The notes under the pieces were generated by a model. That model was given only the letters and a program-made list of their open reading frames with translations, was not told where the DNA came from and did not search any database. DNA of 64,000 bases from contig JAWLHJ010000005.1 in assembly GCA_041690395.1 (NCBI GenBank), forward strand, positions 64,001 to 128,000. The letters run 5' to 3'. Positions 37,769-48,070 of this stretch are shown in pieces. This DNA is from Longimicrobiales bacterium. GTDB taxonomy: Bacteria; Gemmatimonadota; Gemmatimonadetes; Longimicrobiales; Gaopeijiaceae. Within the stretch, counting starts at the first letter, position 1. Each line of letters opens with the position of its first letter. A program made the position numbers and the translations under genes.

Positions 37769-37810
37769 TCCGGACGGTTCACATCCATCGCATCTCAGGA
37801 GAAGCGGAAA

Positions 37811-39859
37811 ATGTCCCAGCAGGGTAACACTGGACACGAGGGCACACAGACGGCCCGCAGGGAGTACCGTCCCGGCCAGATCAGCGTGACCGACCACTCC
37901 GTGCGTCAGCGCATCGAGTTCAACGGACTCACCGAAGACGACCTCGGCGTCGTGCAGGCGTGGGCGGCCGAATGCGAGGCCGCCCTCGACGGGCTCATCG
38001 ATCGGTTCTACCAGCACGTCGGCCGGAACCCCGTGACCAAGGGGGTATTGGACGAGCACACGACGGTCGCTCAGCAGCGTCCCCGGATCACGGCGTACCT
38101 CAAGACGTTCTTCACGGGCCGCATCGACGACCGGTACGTCGACTACCGACGCGTCGTCGGTGCACGGCACGACGACATCGACCTCGACTCGAGTTGGTAC
38201 GTCGCGATGTACGAGGTGATTCGCGACGGGCTGGTGCAGGCCGTAAAGGGCTCCGGCGCCACCCCCGAGGAGCTGTCGCGCTTCGGCGAAGCCCTCGGCA
38301 GACTCATCCAGGTGGACATCGGGTTGGTGGTCACGGCGCTGACGAACTCCCGCATGGCCAAGATGCAGGTTCTCCAGGCGGAGATCGAAGGGCAGCTCCA
38401 GGCCATCGGCCGCTCCCAGGCCGCCATCGAGTTCGACCTCGAAGGGACGATCCTGACCGCGAACGCGAACTTCCTGTCGGTCATGGGCTACTCCCTCGAC
38501 GAGATCCGGGGCCAGCACCACAGCCTGTTCGTGGATCCGTCGCACGCCGCGAGTCCCGCGTATTCCCAGTTCTGGGCCAAGCTGAACCGTGGTGAGTTCG
38601 AATCCGGTGAGTTCAAGCGTCTCGGCAAGAACGGCAAGGAGGTCTGGATCCAGGCTTCCTACAACCCGGTCATGGGTGCCGATGGCAAGCCGGCGAAGGT
38701 GGTCAAGTACGCCACCGACATCACCGCGCGCCGGTACGCGACGGACCAGATTTCGGAGACCATCGCGTCCCTGGCGGACGGAGACCTCTCGGCACGGGTG
38801 CCGGACGACGTGACCGGCGACTTCGAGGTGGTGGCGCGGTCCCTCAACGAAGCGATCCGCAGCCTCGATTCGAGCCTCGCCCAGGTGGCGGCGGCGGCCG
38901 AGCAGGTGTCGTCCGCTTCCGAGGAGATCAGCAGCGGAAGCCAGTCCCTCGCGCAGAGCACGTCGGAGCAGGCCAGCACGCTCGAGCAGGTCTCGAGCAG
39001 CCTGCAGGAGATGTCCTCGATGACGCAACAGAACACCTCCAACTCCCACGAGGCGAAGAGCCTGTCGGATGCCGCGAGGCAGTTCTCCGACAAGGGAATG
39101 GACTCGATGCGGAGGCTGTCCGAGGCGATGGATCGCATCAAGGCGTCGTCCGATCAGACCGCCAAGATCGTCAAGACCATCGACGAGATCGCGTTCCAGA
39201 CCAACCTGTTGGCCCTCAACGCTGCCGTCGAAGCGGCGCGTGCGGGTGATGCGGGCAAGGGGTTCGCGGTCGTCGCGGAGGAGGTCCGAAACCTCGCCAT
39301 GCGGAGCGCGGAGGCCGCGAAGGACACGGCTCAACTCATCGAGGAGTCGGTGGGCAACGCCGAGGGTGGCGTCGCCTTGAACCAGGAAGTGATGGGCAAT
39401 CTCGAGGAGATCAGCGCGCAGGTTGGCAAGGTCAGCGAAGTCATGGCGGAGATCTCCGCCGCGTCTGAGCAGCAGTCCCAGGGCATCGAGCAGATCACGA
39501 CGGCGGTCGAACAGATGAACCAGGTGACTCAGCAGTCCGCGGCGAACGCCGAGGAGTCGTCCAGCGCCGCGGAGGAGCTCTCCGGGCAGTCGGAGGAAAT
39601 GCGCTCACTCGTGGGGCGCTTCCGGATTACCGGACAGCACGACGGGCACCAGCCGGGCTACGGAAACGCCCCGGTGTATGGAAACCAGGGTGGCTGGCAG
39701 GGCGACGGCGCCCGCCCCGGGCCCGGGGGGCGTGGGCAGAACCGGCCGGGATCCGAGCCCCCCGCACGTCGAAACGGCGCCACGAAGGGCCAGCCGGCCG
39801 GGGTCGGCGCGAGCCGTCTCTTGCCGTTCGACGACGACGCGGCCCTGGGAGACTTCTGA
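37811..39859 (+). CDS. Soluble methyl-accepting chemotaxis protein with globin-coupled sensor, PAS and HAMP-like domains
   Basis: Globin ([20 protein letters not shown]); PAS ([38 protein letters not shown]); signalling hairpin [34 protein letters not shown]; no TM segment. Confidence 0.93.
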   Translation: MSQQGNTGHEGTQTARREYRPGQISVTDHSVRQRIEFNGLTEDDLGVVQAWAAECEAALDGLIDRFYQHVGRNPVTKGVLDEHTTVAQQRPRITAYLKTFFTGRIDDRYVDYRRVVGARHDDIDLDSSWYVAMYEVIRDGLVQAVKGSGATPEELSRFGEALGRLIQVDIGLVVTALTNSRMAKMQVLQAEIEGQLQAIGRSQAAIEFDLEGTILTANANFLSVMGYSLDEIRGQHHSLFVDPSHAASPAYSQFWAKLNRGEFESGEFKRLGKNGKEVWIQASYNPVMGADGKPAKVVKYATDITARRYATDQISETIASLADGDLSARVPDDVTGDFEVVARSLNEAIRSLDSSLAQVAAAAEQVSSASEEISSGSQSLAQSTSEQASTLEQVSSSLQEMSSMTQQNTSNSHEAKSLSDAARQFSDKGMDSMRRLSEAMDRIKASSDQTAKIVKTIDEIAFQTNLLALNAAVEAARAGDAGKGFAVVAEEVRNLAMRSAEAAKDTAQLIEESVGNAEGGVALNQEVMGNLEEISAQVGKVSEVMAEISAASEQQSQGIEQITTAVEQMNQVTQQSAANAEESSSAAEELSGQSEEMRSLVGRFRITGQHDGHQPGYGNAPVYGNQGGWQGDGARPGPGGRGQNRPGSEPPARRNGATKGQPAGVGASRLLPFDDDAALGDF

Positions 39860-39990
39860 AGGCATGGTCGGATCCGGTGCGGTGGCCGTGAGCCATCGCG
39901 CCGGACCCGGCGTCTTTCCCGCGAACCGTTCCGAGGGCCTGTGTGTGGCCCCGGGGTGGTCCACCTAATCACGACATCGGGAGTCGCAGC

Positions 39991-40476
39991 ATGACCACGA
40001 ACGGGATGGGCCAGGGGCGAGTGACGCCGGTCGCAGCGCCGGACAGCTGTCCGCTGCGGGCCCACCGTGGTGGCCCGGGCGATGCGGTCCCCGTCCAGGG
40101 TGTCCGACGCTGGCTCCTCATCGCCGTGGGGTGGGCGGCAGTGGTCCTGGGAACCGTCGGGATGTTCGTGCCGCTGCTTCCCACCACCTGCTTTCTCCTG
40201 ACGGCGGCGTGGTGCTTCGGCAGGACGTCGCCGCGCTTCGACCGTTGGCTGCACGAGAATGGCCTGTTCGGTCGCTACCTGACGTCTTACCGAATCGAGC
40301 GCGCCGTACCGGCTCGCATCAAGCATGGCTCGTTGGTCGTGCTCTGGTCCTCGATGGCGGCTACGGTGGTCCTGCTCACCCCTCCGATCTGGCTCCTGCT
40401 GACCCTGCTGGCCATCGCGGTCGCGGTATCCTGGCATGTCGGAGGCCTGCGCTCGCTTCCGGCTCGGTCGTCATGA
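39991..40476 (+). CDS. YbaN/DUF454 family inner-membrane protein
   Basis: LGTVGMFVPLLPTTCFLLTAAWCFGRTSPRFDRWL..FG.YL. Start uncertain (39991-40021). Confidence 0.85.
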   Translation: MTTNGMGQGRVTPVAAPDSCPLRAHRGGPGDAVPVQGVRRWLLIAVGWAAVVLGTVGMFVPLLPTTCFLLTAAWCFGRTSPRFDRWLHENGLFGRYLTSYRIERAVPARIKHGSLVVLWSSMAATVVLLTPPIWLLLTLLAIAVAVSWHVGGLRSLPARSS

Positions 40477-41300
40477 AGACCGTGGCAGGGCGGCCCGAGT
40501 CGACCACCGATTCCCTCGAAGGCTGCTTCGAGACCATTCGCGACATCCTGTACGAGACCGCGGGCATCGCTCTCAACGAGGCGAAGCGGGAGCTCGTCCA
40601 CTCCAGGCTCACGAAGCGCATTCGGCAGCTCGGTGGCGGGTCCATCAGGGAGTACGTGCGCTTCGTGCAGACCGAGGACGGTCGTGAGGAGCTCACGGAA
40701 ATGGTCGACCTCCTGACCACGAACAAGACGAGCTTCTTCCGAGAGTCAGCGCACTTCGACCTGCTTCGGCGCATTCTGAAGGACCGAGGCACGTCGGGCC
40801 GGGGAATGACGATCTGGAGCGCGGGATGCTCGAGCGGGGAGGAGCCCTACACCCTGGCCATGGTGCTCGCCGAGTGCGGCCTGGCCGCCGGAAGTCGGAT
40901 CCTCGCCACCGACCTCTCGGAGCGTGTCCTCGAGAAGGCACGGGCTGCGGAGTACGACGAGGAGCAGGTTCGACCCGTGCCGGCGCCGACCCGCCAGCGC
41001 TTCCTCGAGAAGGGATCGACGCCTGGCACGTTCGTGGTCTCGGAAGAGCTCGTGAGCATGGTCCGCTTCGGACGCCTGAACCTGATGGGTCCATGGCCGA
41101 TGAAGGGCCCATTCGACCTCATTTTCTGTCGAAACGTCATGATCTACTTCGACGCGCCGACCCGACAGAAGCTGGTGCAGCGCTTCGAAGCGCTCCTGGC
41201 ACCCGGTGGATTTCTCTTCGTGGGGCACTCGGAGAGCCTGACGTCCCTGGAGCATGGCCTGACCTACGTCCAGCCGGCCGTCTACCGGAGATCGGCATGA
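40473..41300 (+). CDS. cheR: Chemotaxis methyltransferase CheR
   Basis: LTTNKTSFFRE; IWSAGCSSGEEPYTLAM; FDLIFCRNVMIYFD; GHSE. Confidence 0.96.
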   Translation: MKTVAGRPESTTDSLEGCFETIRDILYETAGIALNEAKRELVHSRLTKRIRQLGGGSIREYVRFVQTEDGREELTEMVDLLTTNKTSFFRESAHFDLLRRILKDRGTSGRGMTIWSAGCSSGEEPYTLAMVLAECGLAAGSRILATDLSERVLEKARAAEYDEEQVRPVPAPTRQRFLEKGSTPGTFVVSEELVSMVRFGRLNLMGPWPMKGPFDLIFCRNVMIYFDAPTRQKLVQRFEALLAPGGFLFVGHSESLTSLEHGLTYVQPAVYRRSA

Positions 41301-41845
41301 CCGGGGTGGCCCCCGAAATCTGCTCCACGTCCGCCGAGCCCAGACTCGTCGTGGGGATCGCCGACCTGAAGGTGTCGTCGATCCCGTCGGAGACGCTCGT
41401 GACCTACGCGCTCGGAAGCTGCCTGGGCGTGTGCATCTACGACCCCGAGGCGCGGGTCGCGGGGATGTTGCACGCCATGCTGCCTTCGGGGAGGACGAAC
41501 CCCGACAAGGCCAGGGAAAACCCCGCCCGCTTCATCGATACCGGCGTTCCCGCCCTCTTCAAGGCCGCCTATGCGTTAGGGGCCGTCAAGGAGCGGATCG
41601 TGGTGAAGGTGGCCGGCGGTGCCAGCATGGGCGGCCCCGAGCGGGAGGACGGCTTTCAGATCGGCAAGAGAAACTTCATCGAGCTCAAGAAGATCCTTTG
41701 GCGAAACGGCGTGCTCCTGACGGACCAGGATATCGGAGGGCACATATCCCGCACGGTCTCGTTCAGCGTCGAGACTGGTGAAGTGCGGGTCAAGGCGGGG
41801 GGGAGCGAATACCTCCTCGGTCGCCATTTCCCCCGCCGCGAATAG
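41297..41845 (+). CDS. cheD: Chemoreceptor glutamine deamidase CheD
   Basis: ALGSCLGVCIYD..GMLHAMLP; KVAGGA; IGKRN; DIGG..SRTV. Confidence 0.94.
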   Translation: MTGVAPEICSTSAEPRLVVGIADLKVSSIPSETLVTYALGSCLGVCIYDPEARVAGMLHAMLPSGRTNPDKARENPARFIDTGVPALFKAAYALGAVKERIVVKVAGGASMGGPEREDGFQIGKRNFIELKKILWRNGVLLTDQDIGGHISRTVSFSVETGEVRVKAGGSEYLLGRHFPRRE

Positions 41846-41866
41846 ATCCCGATCGGAGTGAATACG

Positions 41867-42295
41867 ATGGCGTTCAATGTCTTGGTCGTGGACGACAGCG
41901 CGGTGATGCGCTCGATGATCGTCCGCACGTTGAAGATGAGCGGTGTGCCGCTCCAGGAGATCCACGAAGCGGCGAACGGGCGCGACGCGTTGTCGGTCCT
42001 GGCCGAACATTGGGTCGATCTGGCCCTGGTGGACATCAACATGCCCGTCATGAACGGGGAGCAGCTCATCGAAGAGGTTCGTAAGGATCCGGTCACCAGG
42101 GATCTGTCCGTCATCGTTGTCTCGACGGAGAGCAGCGAGGCCCGGATCGAGCGGATCCTGAGTTACGGTGCGCGCTTCGTGCACAAGCCGTTCACGGCGG
42201 AGTCGCTCCGCCAGACGATTCTCGGAGTCACAGGAATATCCGATGACCAATCTGCTTCAGTCGCGACTGCGCCAGGCGGCGAGTTCGACTTTTGA
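41867..42295 (+). CDS. cheY: Single-domain response regulator, CheY-like
   Basis: VLVVDDSAVMR; VDINMPVMNG; VSTE; KPFT; located in the che operon. Confidence 0.85.
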   Translation: MAFNVLVVDDSAVMRSMIVRTLKMSGVPLQEIHEAANGRDALSVLAEHWVDLALVDINMPVMNGEQLIEEVRKDPVTRDLSVIVVSTESSEARIERILSYGARFVHKPFTAESLRQTILGVTGISDDQSASVATAPGGEFDF

Positions 42296-42712
42296 GGACC
42301 TGGGGTTCGTGTTCCCCGAGGAAGATCTCGAAGACCATCAGGCTGCCGCGCCGCTGGCGTGGAGCGCGGTGGTGGCCTTTCGTGGGCCGGTGCACGGCAC
42401 GCTGGAGATCCGGGTGTCGGACGGCGTGGCGGAACAGCTCGCCACGAACATGCTCGGCCTCGCGAGTCCGCCTGAAGGGAGCCTGAAGCGCGACGCCCTG
42501 GGTGAGATGGCGAACGTGGTGTGCGGCAACGTCGTACCGGCCCTGGGTAGCCCGGACGCCGTGTTCGACCTCGCGGCTCCCGATGTCACGGAGATCGCCA
42601 CCGCCGCGGGTGCTCATCCCGTGGAGGGGGTCATCGCCCTGGCGTTCGGGGTCGAGAACGGGCGGGCCGAGGTGCGCTTGACCGTGAGCGAGGCTCCCGC
42701 GGGAGTCGGGTC

Positions 42713-42716
<4 letters not shown>
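42243..42716 (+). CDS. cheX: CheX-like phosphatase
   Basis: LATNMLG..DALGEMANVVCGN (E-x-x-N motif); FDLAAP. Confidence 0.85.
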
Positions 42717-43792
<1,076 letters not shown>

Positions 43793-43809
43793 ACGAAAGG
43801 AACGGGTTG

Positions 43810-46395
43810 ATGGATATCGACATGGAGCTTCTCCGGCGGATCAGCGATGTGAAGGTCGCGCTGGGAGGCATGGATTCCGCGGACGGTCGCGTGGACATCC
43901 GGACGAAGGTGGAGTCGGCGCTGGATCGAGCTCGCGGGCACGGTCCCGACGCGGAATCCGCCCTCACGGCGGTTTCGGGCGCGCTTCTCGACGAGCCTTC
44001 GGGTTCGTCGTCCGCCGCGGATCTATCGGAGAGATTGGGACCGGTGCTCGACCTCCTCGAGCAGGTGGTCTTCGACCGGTCCGACGAAGGTGCAGCGGAT
44101 CGGCTGCGTGGCTTGGTGGCTGAGCTGTCACGAGCGCCGGGCGACGATCCGGAGGCAACAGCGGCCCCCCGGGGTGAGGAGGGGCCGCTGGAAGGCGACC
44201 TCGACCGTGAGGAAGCTTCGCTCCATTCGGTGGCCGGCTACCTGGTCCAGATGGAGCCTACCCTCATGGACTCCATCGCCACGCTGCGAGAGCACTTTTC
44301 CCATGCCATCGAAGGGTGGGAGGGCTCGTCGGACGTGCATGGGCAGCTTACCGACGCACTCGGCGAGCTGGATGCCGTCCTCGCGAACAAGCGGTCCCGG
44401 AAGGTGAAGCGGGCGGAGGCCGTGGGCGTCGTCAGCGAAGCTCTGGAGGCCGCCATGGAGGAAGAGCAGGACTACATGTTCTGGAGCCCGCCCAGCACCG
44501 AAAGGGATCGCGGCGCCGACGACACGGGCGCCGAACAGGTCGGGGTGGACGACGAGCACCATGAGGAGGAAACCCAGGGCGAGGCCTCCACCCGCCCGGA
44601 TCACTTGCCGGAGGATGTCGTGACAGCCGTATCAGAAGAGCCGGATTCAACGGCGCCGAGTGGGGCGACTGCGAAGCTGACCGCGATGCCCACATCCATC
44701 GAAGCCGATCCCGAATTGGTGATCGACTTCGTGGCGGAAGGCCTCGAGTATCTCGATCAGGCCGAAGAAGCACTCCTTAACCTGGAGTCCGACCCTCGCG
44801 ACCAGGAGTCGATCAACGTCACGTTCCGGGCCTTCCACACCATCAAGGGTGTCTCCGCGTTCCTCGAGCTCTCCCAGATTTCCGGGATGGCCCATGAGGC
44901 GGAGACCCTGCTCGCCCAGGTCCGGGAGGGTAGTGTGCCGTTCACGGAGTGCGCGGCGGATTTGCTGCTCACCGCCGCGGACGTGCTCCGGGGTCTCCTC
45001 GAGGGTGTCCGCAACCTCGTCCATGGTGGCGAGGCGGAACGGCCCGTTCGCCTCGAGGCCGTCGTGGACGCACTCACCGATCCCGAGCTTGCGAACAAAG
45101 TCGCACGGAACGAGTCGTTCGGACTGAAGGCGGACATCCCGGCTGCCGCCGTCGAATCCGACGACGAGCCCGTCCGAAAGGACGTGACCGGCGCGAGCAG
45201 CCAGGACGACTCGGTGCGGATCCGGACCGAGCGACTCGATCGGCTGGTCGATCTGGTCGGTGAGTTGGTCGTGTCGTACTCGATGATCTCCCAGGATCCC
45301 GACTTGCTCGGTACGGGAGGGGGGTTGCAGAAAAAGGTCGGACACTCGAACAAGATCCTACGAGAGCTGCAGGACCTCAGCACATCCCTGCGCATGGTCC
45401 CGTTGAAGCCGGCGTTCCACAAGATCTCCCGCGTGGTGCGGGATGTGAGCAGGAAGAGCGGAAAGGCCGTCGATCTGGTCGCCACGGGCGACGAGACCGA
45501 GCTCGACCGGAGCATGGTCGGGGTCATCGTCGATCCCCTGGTGCATATGGTCAGGAATTCCATCGACCACGGGATCGAGTCCCGCGAGGAGCGCTTGGCG
45601 GCCGGAAAGCCGGAGCGCGGCTCGGTCCGTCTCACGGCTCGTCAGGCCGGAGGGAGCGTCGTCGTCGAGATCGAAGACGATGGGAGGGGTCTCGACCGGG
45701 AGAAGATCCTGGCGAAGGCCCTGGACAGGGGGCTCGTGGACCCCGAGAAGACCCTCACGGACAGCGAAGTCTTCGAGCTCGTGTTTCATCCCGGCTTCTC
45801 CACGGCCGATCAGGTGACGGACATCTCCGGGCGGGGCGTCGGCATGGACGTGGTGAAGAGGGCCGTGGACTCGCTCAGAGGACGCATCGAGATCCAGTCC
45901 ACGCCCGGTGAGGGCACCCGGTTCTCCATCCACCTCCCCCTCACGTTGGCCATCACCGACGGTATGCTGGTGAGGATCGGCGGAGAGCTCTGCATCGTAC
46001 CCACGGTCAAGATCCAGCTCAGCCTGCGGCCCACTTCCCGAGATCTCTGGTCCGTGTCTCAGCGGGGCGAGATGGTCATGCTTCACGGTCAGCTCATCCC
46101 GATTGCGCGGCTGGACCGGGTATTCGGTTTCCAGGGCGGCATTCAAGACCCGGAAGAAGCCCTGCTCGTCGTGGTTGGGGAGGGGAGCCGAAAGACCGCC
46201 CTGATGGTGGATGAGTTGCTCGGTCAGCAGCAGTTCGTGGTCAAACCGCTGACCGGGCCGGTGGCCGGGACGCCGGGCGTGGCGGGCGGCGCCATTCTCG
46301 GCGACGGCAGCGTCGGGCTGATCCTCGATCCCGAGGAGGTCATCGACCTCGCCGCATGCACAAAGAGCGGGGCACGCGCACACGTGGCCGCCTGA
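43810..46395 (+). CDS. cheA: Chemotaxis histidine kinase CheA with a long N-terminal extension
   Basis: P1 FRAFHTIKG; P3 VRIRTERLDRLVDLVGEL; P4 HMVRNSIDHGIE, GFSTA, SGRGVGMDVV; P5 LPLTLAI..GGAILGDG. Confidence 0.95.
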   Translation: MDIDMELLRRISDVKVALGGMDSADGRVDIRTKVESALDRARGHGPDAESALTAVSGALLDEPSGSSSAADLSERLGPVLDLLEQVVFDRSDEGAADRLRGLVAELSRAPGDDPEATAAPRGEEGPLEGDLDREEASLHSVAGYLVQMEPTLMDSIATLREHFSHAIEGWEGSSDVHGQLTDALGELDAVLANKRSRKVKRAEAVGVVSEALEAAMEEEQDYMFWSPPSTERDRGADDTGAEQVGVDDEHHEEETQGEASTRPDHLPEDVVTAVSEEPDSTAPSGATAKLTAMPTSIEADPELVIDFVAEGLEYLDQAEEALLNLESDPRDQESINVTFRAFHTIKGVSAFLELSQISGMAHEAETLLAQVREGSVPFTECAADLLLTAADVLRGLLEGVRNLVHGGEAERPVRLEAVVDALTDPELANKVARNESFGLKADIPAAAVESDDEPVRKDVTGASSQDDSVRIRTERLDRLVDLVGELVVSYSMISQDPDLLGTGGGLQKKVGHSNKILRELQDLSTSLRMVPLKPAFHKISRVVRDVSRKSGKAVDLVATGDETELDRSMVGVIVDPLVHMVRNSIDHGIESREERLAAGKPERGSVRLTARQAGGSVVVEIEDDGRGLDREKILAKALDRGLVDPEKTLTDSEVFELVFHPGFSTADQVTDISGRGVGMDVVKRAVDSLRGRIEIQSTPGEGTRFSIHLPLTLAITDGMLVRIGGELCIVPTVKIQLSLRPTSRDLWSVSQRGEMVMLHGQLIPIARLDRVFGFQGGIQDPEEALLVVVGEGSRKTALMVDELLGQQQFVVKPLTGPVAGTPGVAGGAILGDGSVGLILDPEEVIDLAACTKSGARAHVAA

Positions 46396-46420
46396 TCGCG
46401 GCCGGCCCGTCACCGGAGAA

Positions 46421-46467
46421 CAGAGAGAGAGCCCCCGGCGTCTTCGATGCCGGGGGCTCTCTCTTTG
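46421..46467. terminator. Hairpin terminator between convergent cheA and fliW
   Basis: About 22-bp stem cagagagagagcccccggcgtc/gatgccgggggctctctctttg with loop ttc. Confidence 0.75.
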
Positions 46468-46513
46468 CCCGTCGTCCGCCCGCCCGGGCCTTGGCATGGC
46501 CCTCCGACGGAGG

Positions 46514-46999
46514 CTATGCCCCGGAGGCCGTGCGACGCTTCAGGTCCAGGGGGTACCGTACACCGTGCGGGGCGTCTGTCACCACCTGTTTGCCTCGCTT
46601 ACGCACCACGTCCAGCGCGATGGGGCCTTGCAGGTTGACCGTCGCCGGCGCATCCGAGCTCCTGGGCAGCGTCACGATGCACACGATGAACAGGTCGTCC
46701 GCGTCCGCGGGGCCAAGCTCGCTCAACTCACTCGCGTCGACGTCGACCACGTAGTCGGGAACGAACCGAAAAGGATCGACCACGAGGTAGGTCAGGTTCC
46801 GGTGCTCCAGAGACTGCAGCCAGAATAAGCCCTCGTTTTCGGCGGGCAGCAGCGCGAACGTCTTGGCTTCCGGGAATCCGTAGATGCCGGAGTCGAAGCC
46901 GTAGCACTGGTCCCCGGGGATGGCGAGTCGTCCCAGGAGGGCGGACTCGACGATACGCTCCTCGTCCATCCGGCTTGCGAGCTCGGTGACTGCCGTCAT
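46514..46999 (-). CDS. fliW: Flagellar assembly factor FliW
   Basis: GIYGFPE..F.LLP; FWLQS; VVDPFRFVPDY; TVNLQGPI..GKQVV; ATGA-coupled to flgL. Confidence 0.9.
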   Translation of the reverse strand: MTAVTELASRMDEERIVESALLGRLAIPGDQCYGFDSGIYGFPEAKTFALLPAENEGLFWLQSLEHRNLTYLVVDPFRFVPDYVVDVDASELSELGPADADDLFIVCIVTLPRSSDAPATVNLQGPIALDVVRKRGKQVVTDAPHGVRYPLDLKRRTASGA

Positions 47000-47874
47000 C
47001 TCAAGTAGTCCGCGAGAGTGATGTTCATGATCTTGGAATTCACCAGCATGGCGGCCTCGAGAGAGCCCTGCCTGTCGAGGAGTTCGGTGACGGCCTGAGC
47101 CATGTCCGCGTCGGCCAACTCTGAGCGGAACTTGCTCAGCGTCACCTCGAGAGACTCGAGGTTGGAGCCCGTCACATCGAGCTGACTCATACGGGCGCCG
47201 AGATCCCCGATGATGCTTTGTACGTTGTCGAAGGCGGTGTCGAGGTCTTCCGCCGCGGTCTGCACGGCGGTGGCGTCGTTGTCGCCGAGCGCCGTGGACA
47301 GAGCCGAAAGCGCGTCCATCACGCCGGAATCGAGGAAGATTTCCTGGGCTCCATGCGTGGTCTCCACGAACGTCCCGCTGCCGATCTCCAACCGAGCCGA
47401 GCCCGTGGCCGGGCGGGCGGGGTCGGCGACACCGCCATCCAGCGGCGCAGTGTCGGCGTAGTCGCCCCCGAAGAGGTAGCTGCCGGCGAGCCTCGTGTTG
47501 GCGAGGCTCGTGACGAACTCCAACACGCCCTCGACCTCCGCGCGGGCGGTCCTGCGGGTCGCTTCGTCGGCAGGATCGCCCGCCTGAGATACGGCGATCT
47601 CCCGCGCGCGCACGAGCGTGGTCCCGAGTTGGTCGAGCACCGAATCCTCGACGGCGAGTCGAGATTGCGCGGTCGCCAGATTGGACCGGTACTGCTCGAC
47701 CGCACGGAGCGATCCGGAGGACTGCATGATGCTCGCGGCCGACACCGGATCGTCCGACGGACTGTTCAGGCGCTGCCCGCTGGCAGCCCGTTGACGGGCG
47801 TCCGCGAGGTCGCGCATCTGTGCCTGGAAGCCGTGCACCGCTTCCCTGGTGAGAATGCCGTTCGTGATTCTCAA
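46996..47874 (-). CDS. flgL: Flagellar hook-associated protein 3 FlgL
   Basis: TTG start after GGAG (MRITNG); ASGQRLNSPSDDPV; LANTRLAGSYLFGG; GARMSQL; LADYLR terminus. Confidence 0.9.
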   Translation of the reverse strand: MRITNGILTREAVHGFQAQMRDLADARQRAASGQRLNSPSDDPVSAASIMQSSGSLRAVEQYRSNLATAQSRLAVEDSVLDQLGTTLVRAREIAVSQAGDPADEATRRTARAEVEGVLEFVTSLANTRLAGSYLFGGDYADTAPLDGGVADPARPATGSARLEIGSGTFVETTHGAQEIFLDSGVMDALSALSTALGDNDATAVQTAAEDLDTAFDNVQSIIGDLGARMSQLDVTGSNLESLEVTLSKFRSELADADMAQAVTELLDRQGSLEAAMLVNSKIMNITLADYLR

Positions 47875-47993
47875 TGGGGCTCCGTGATCGTGTCGGGGCC
47901 GGGGCTGGTCTCGAGCCCGCCTCGAGCTCGCCGACGCTGCCGTCGCGCCTCCGGTCACGTTGATGGCCCGGGGCGGCGTCGATACGATTACCA

Positions 47994-48021
47994 GTATCGG
48001 GGACGCGGCCCGTGATCTTTA
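47994..48021 (-). promoter_or_regulatory. Sigma28-like promoter of flgL-fliW
   Basis: Minus strand reads TAAA-N16-CCCGATAC. Confidence 0.6.
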
Positions 48022-48070
48022 GACGCGCGTCTCTCGTCCTCCCCCCAGAGAAGTGTGGAAAGCGATCGGA

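Noticed and set aside
46996..47874. Possible flagellin
   Set aside because: The MRIT start, PSDDP, YLFGG and LADYLR ending fit FlgL better than FliC.
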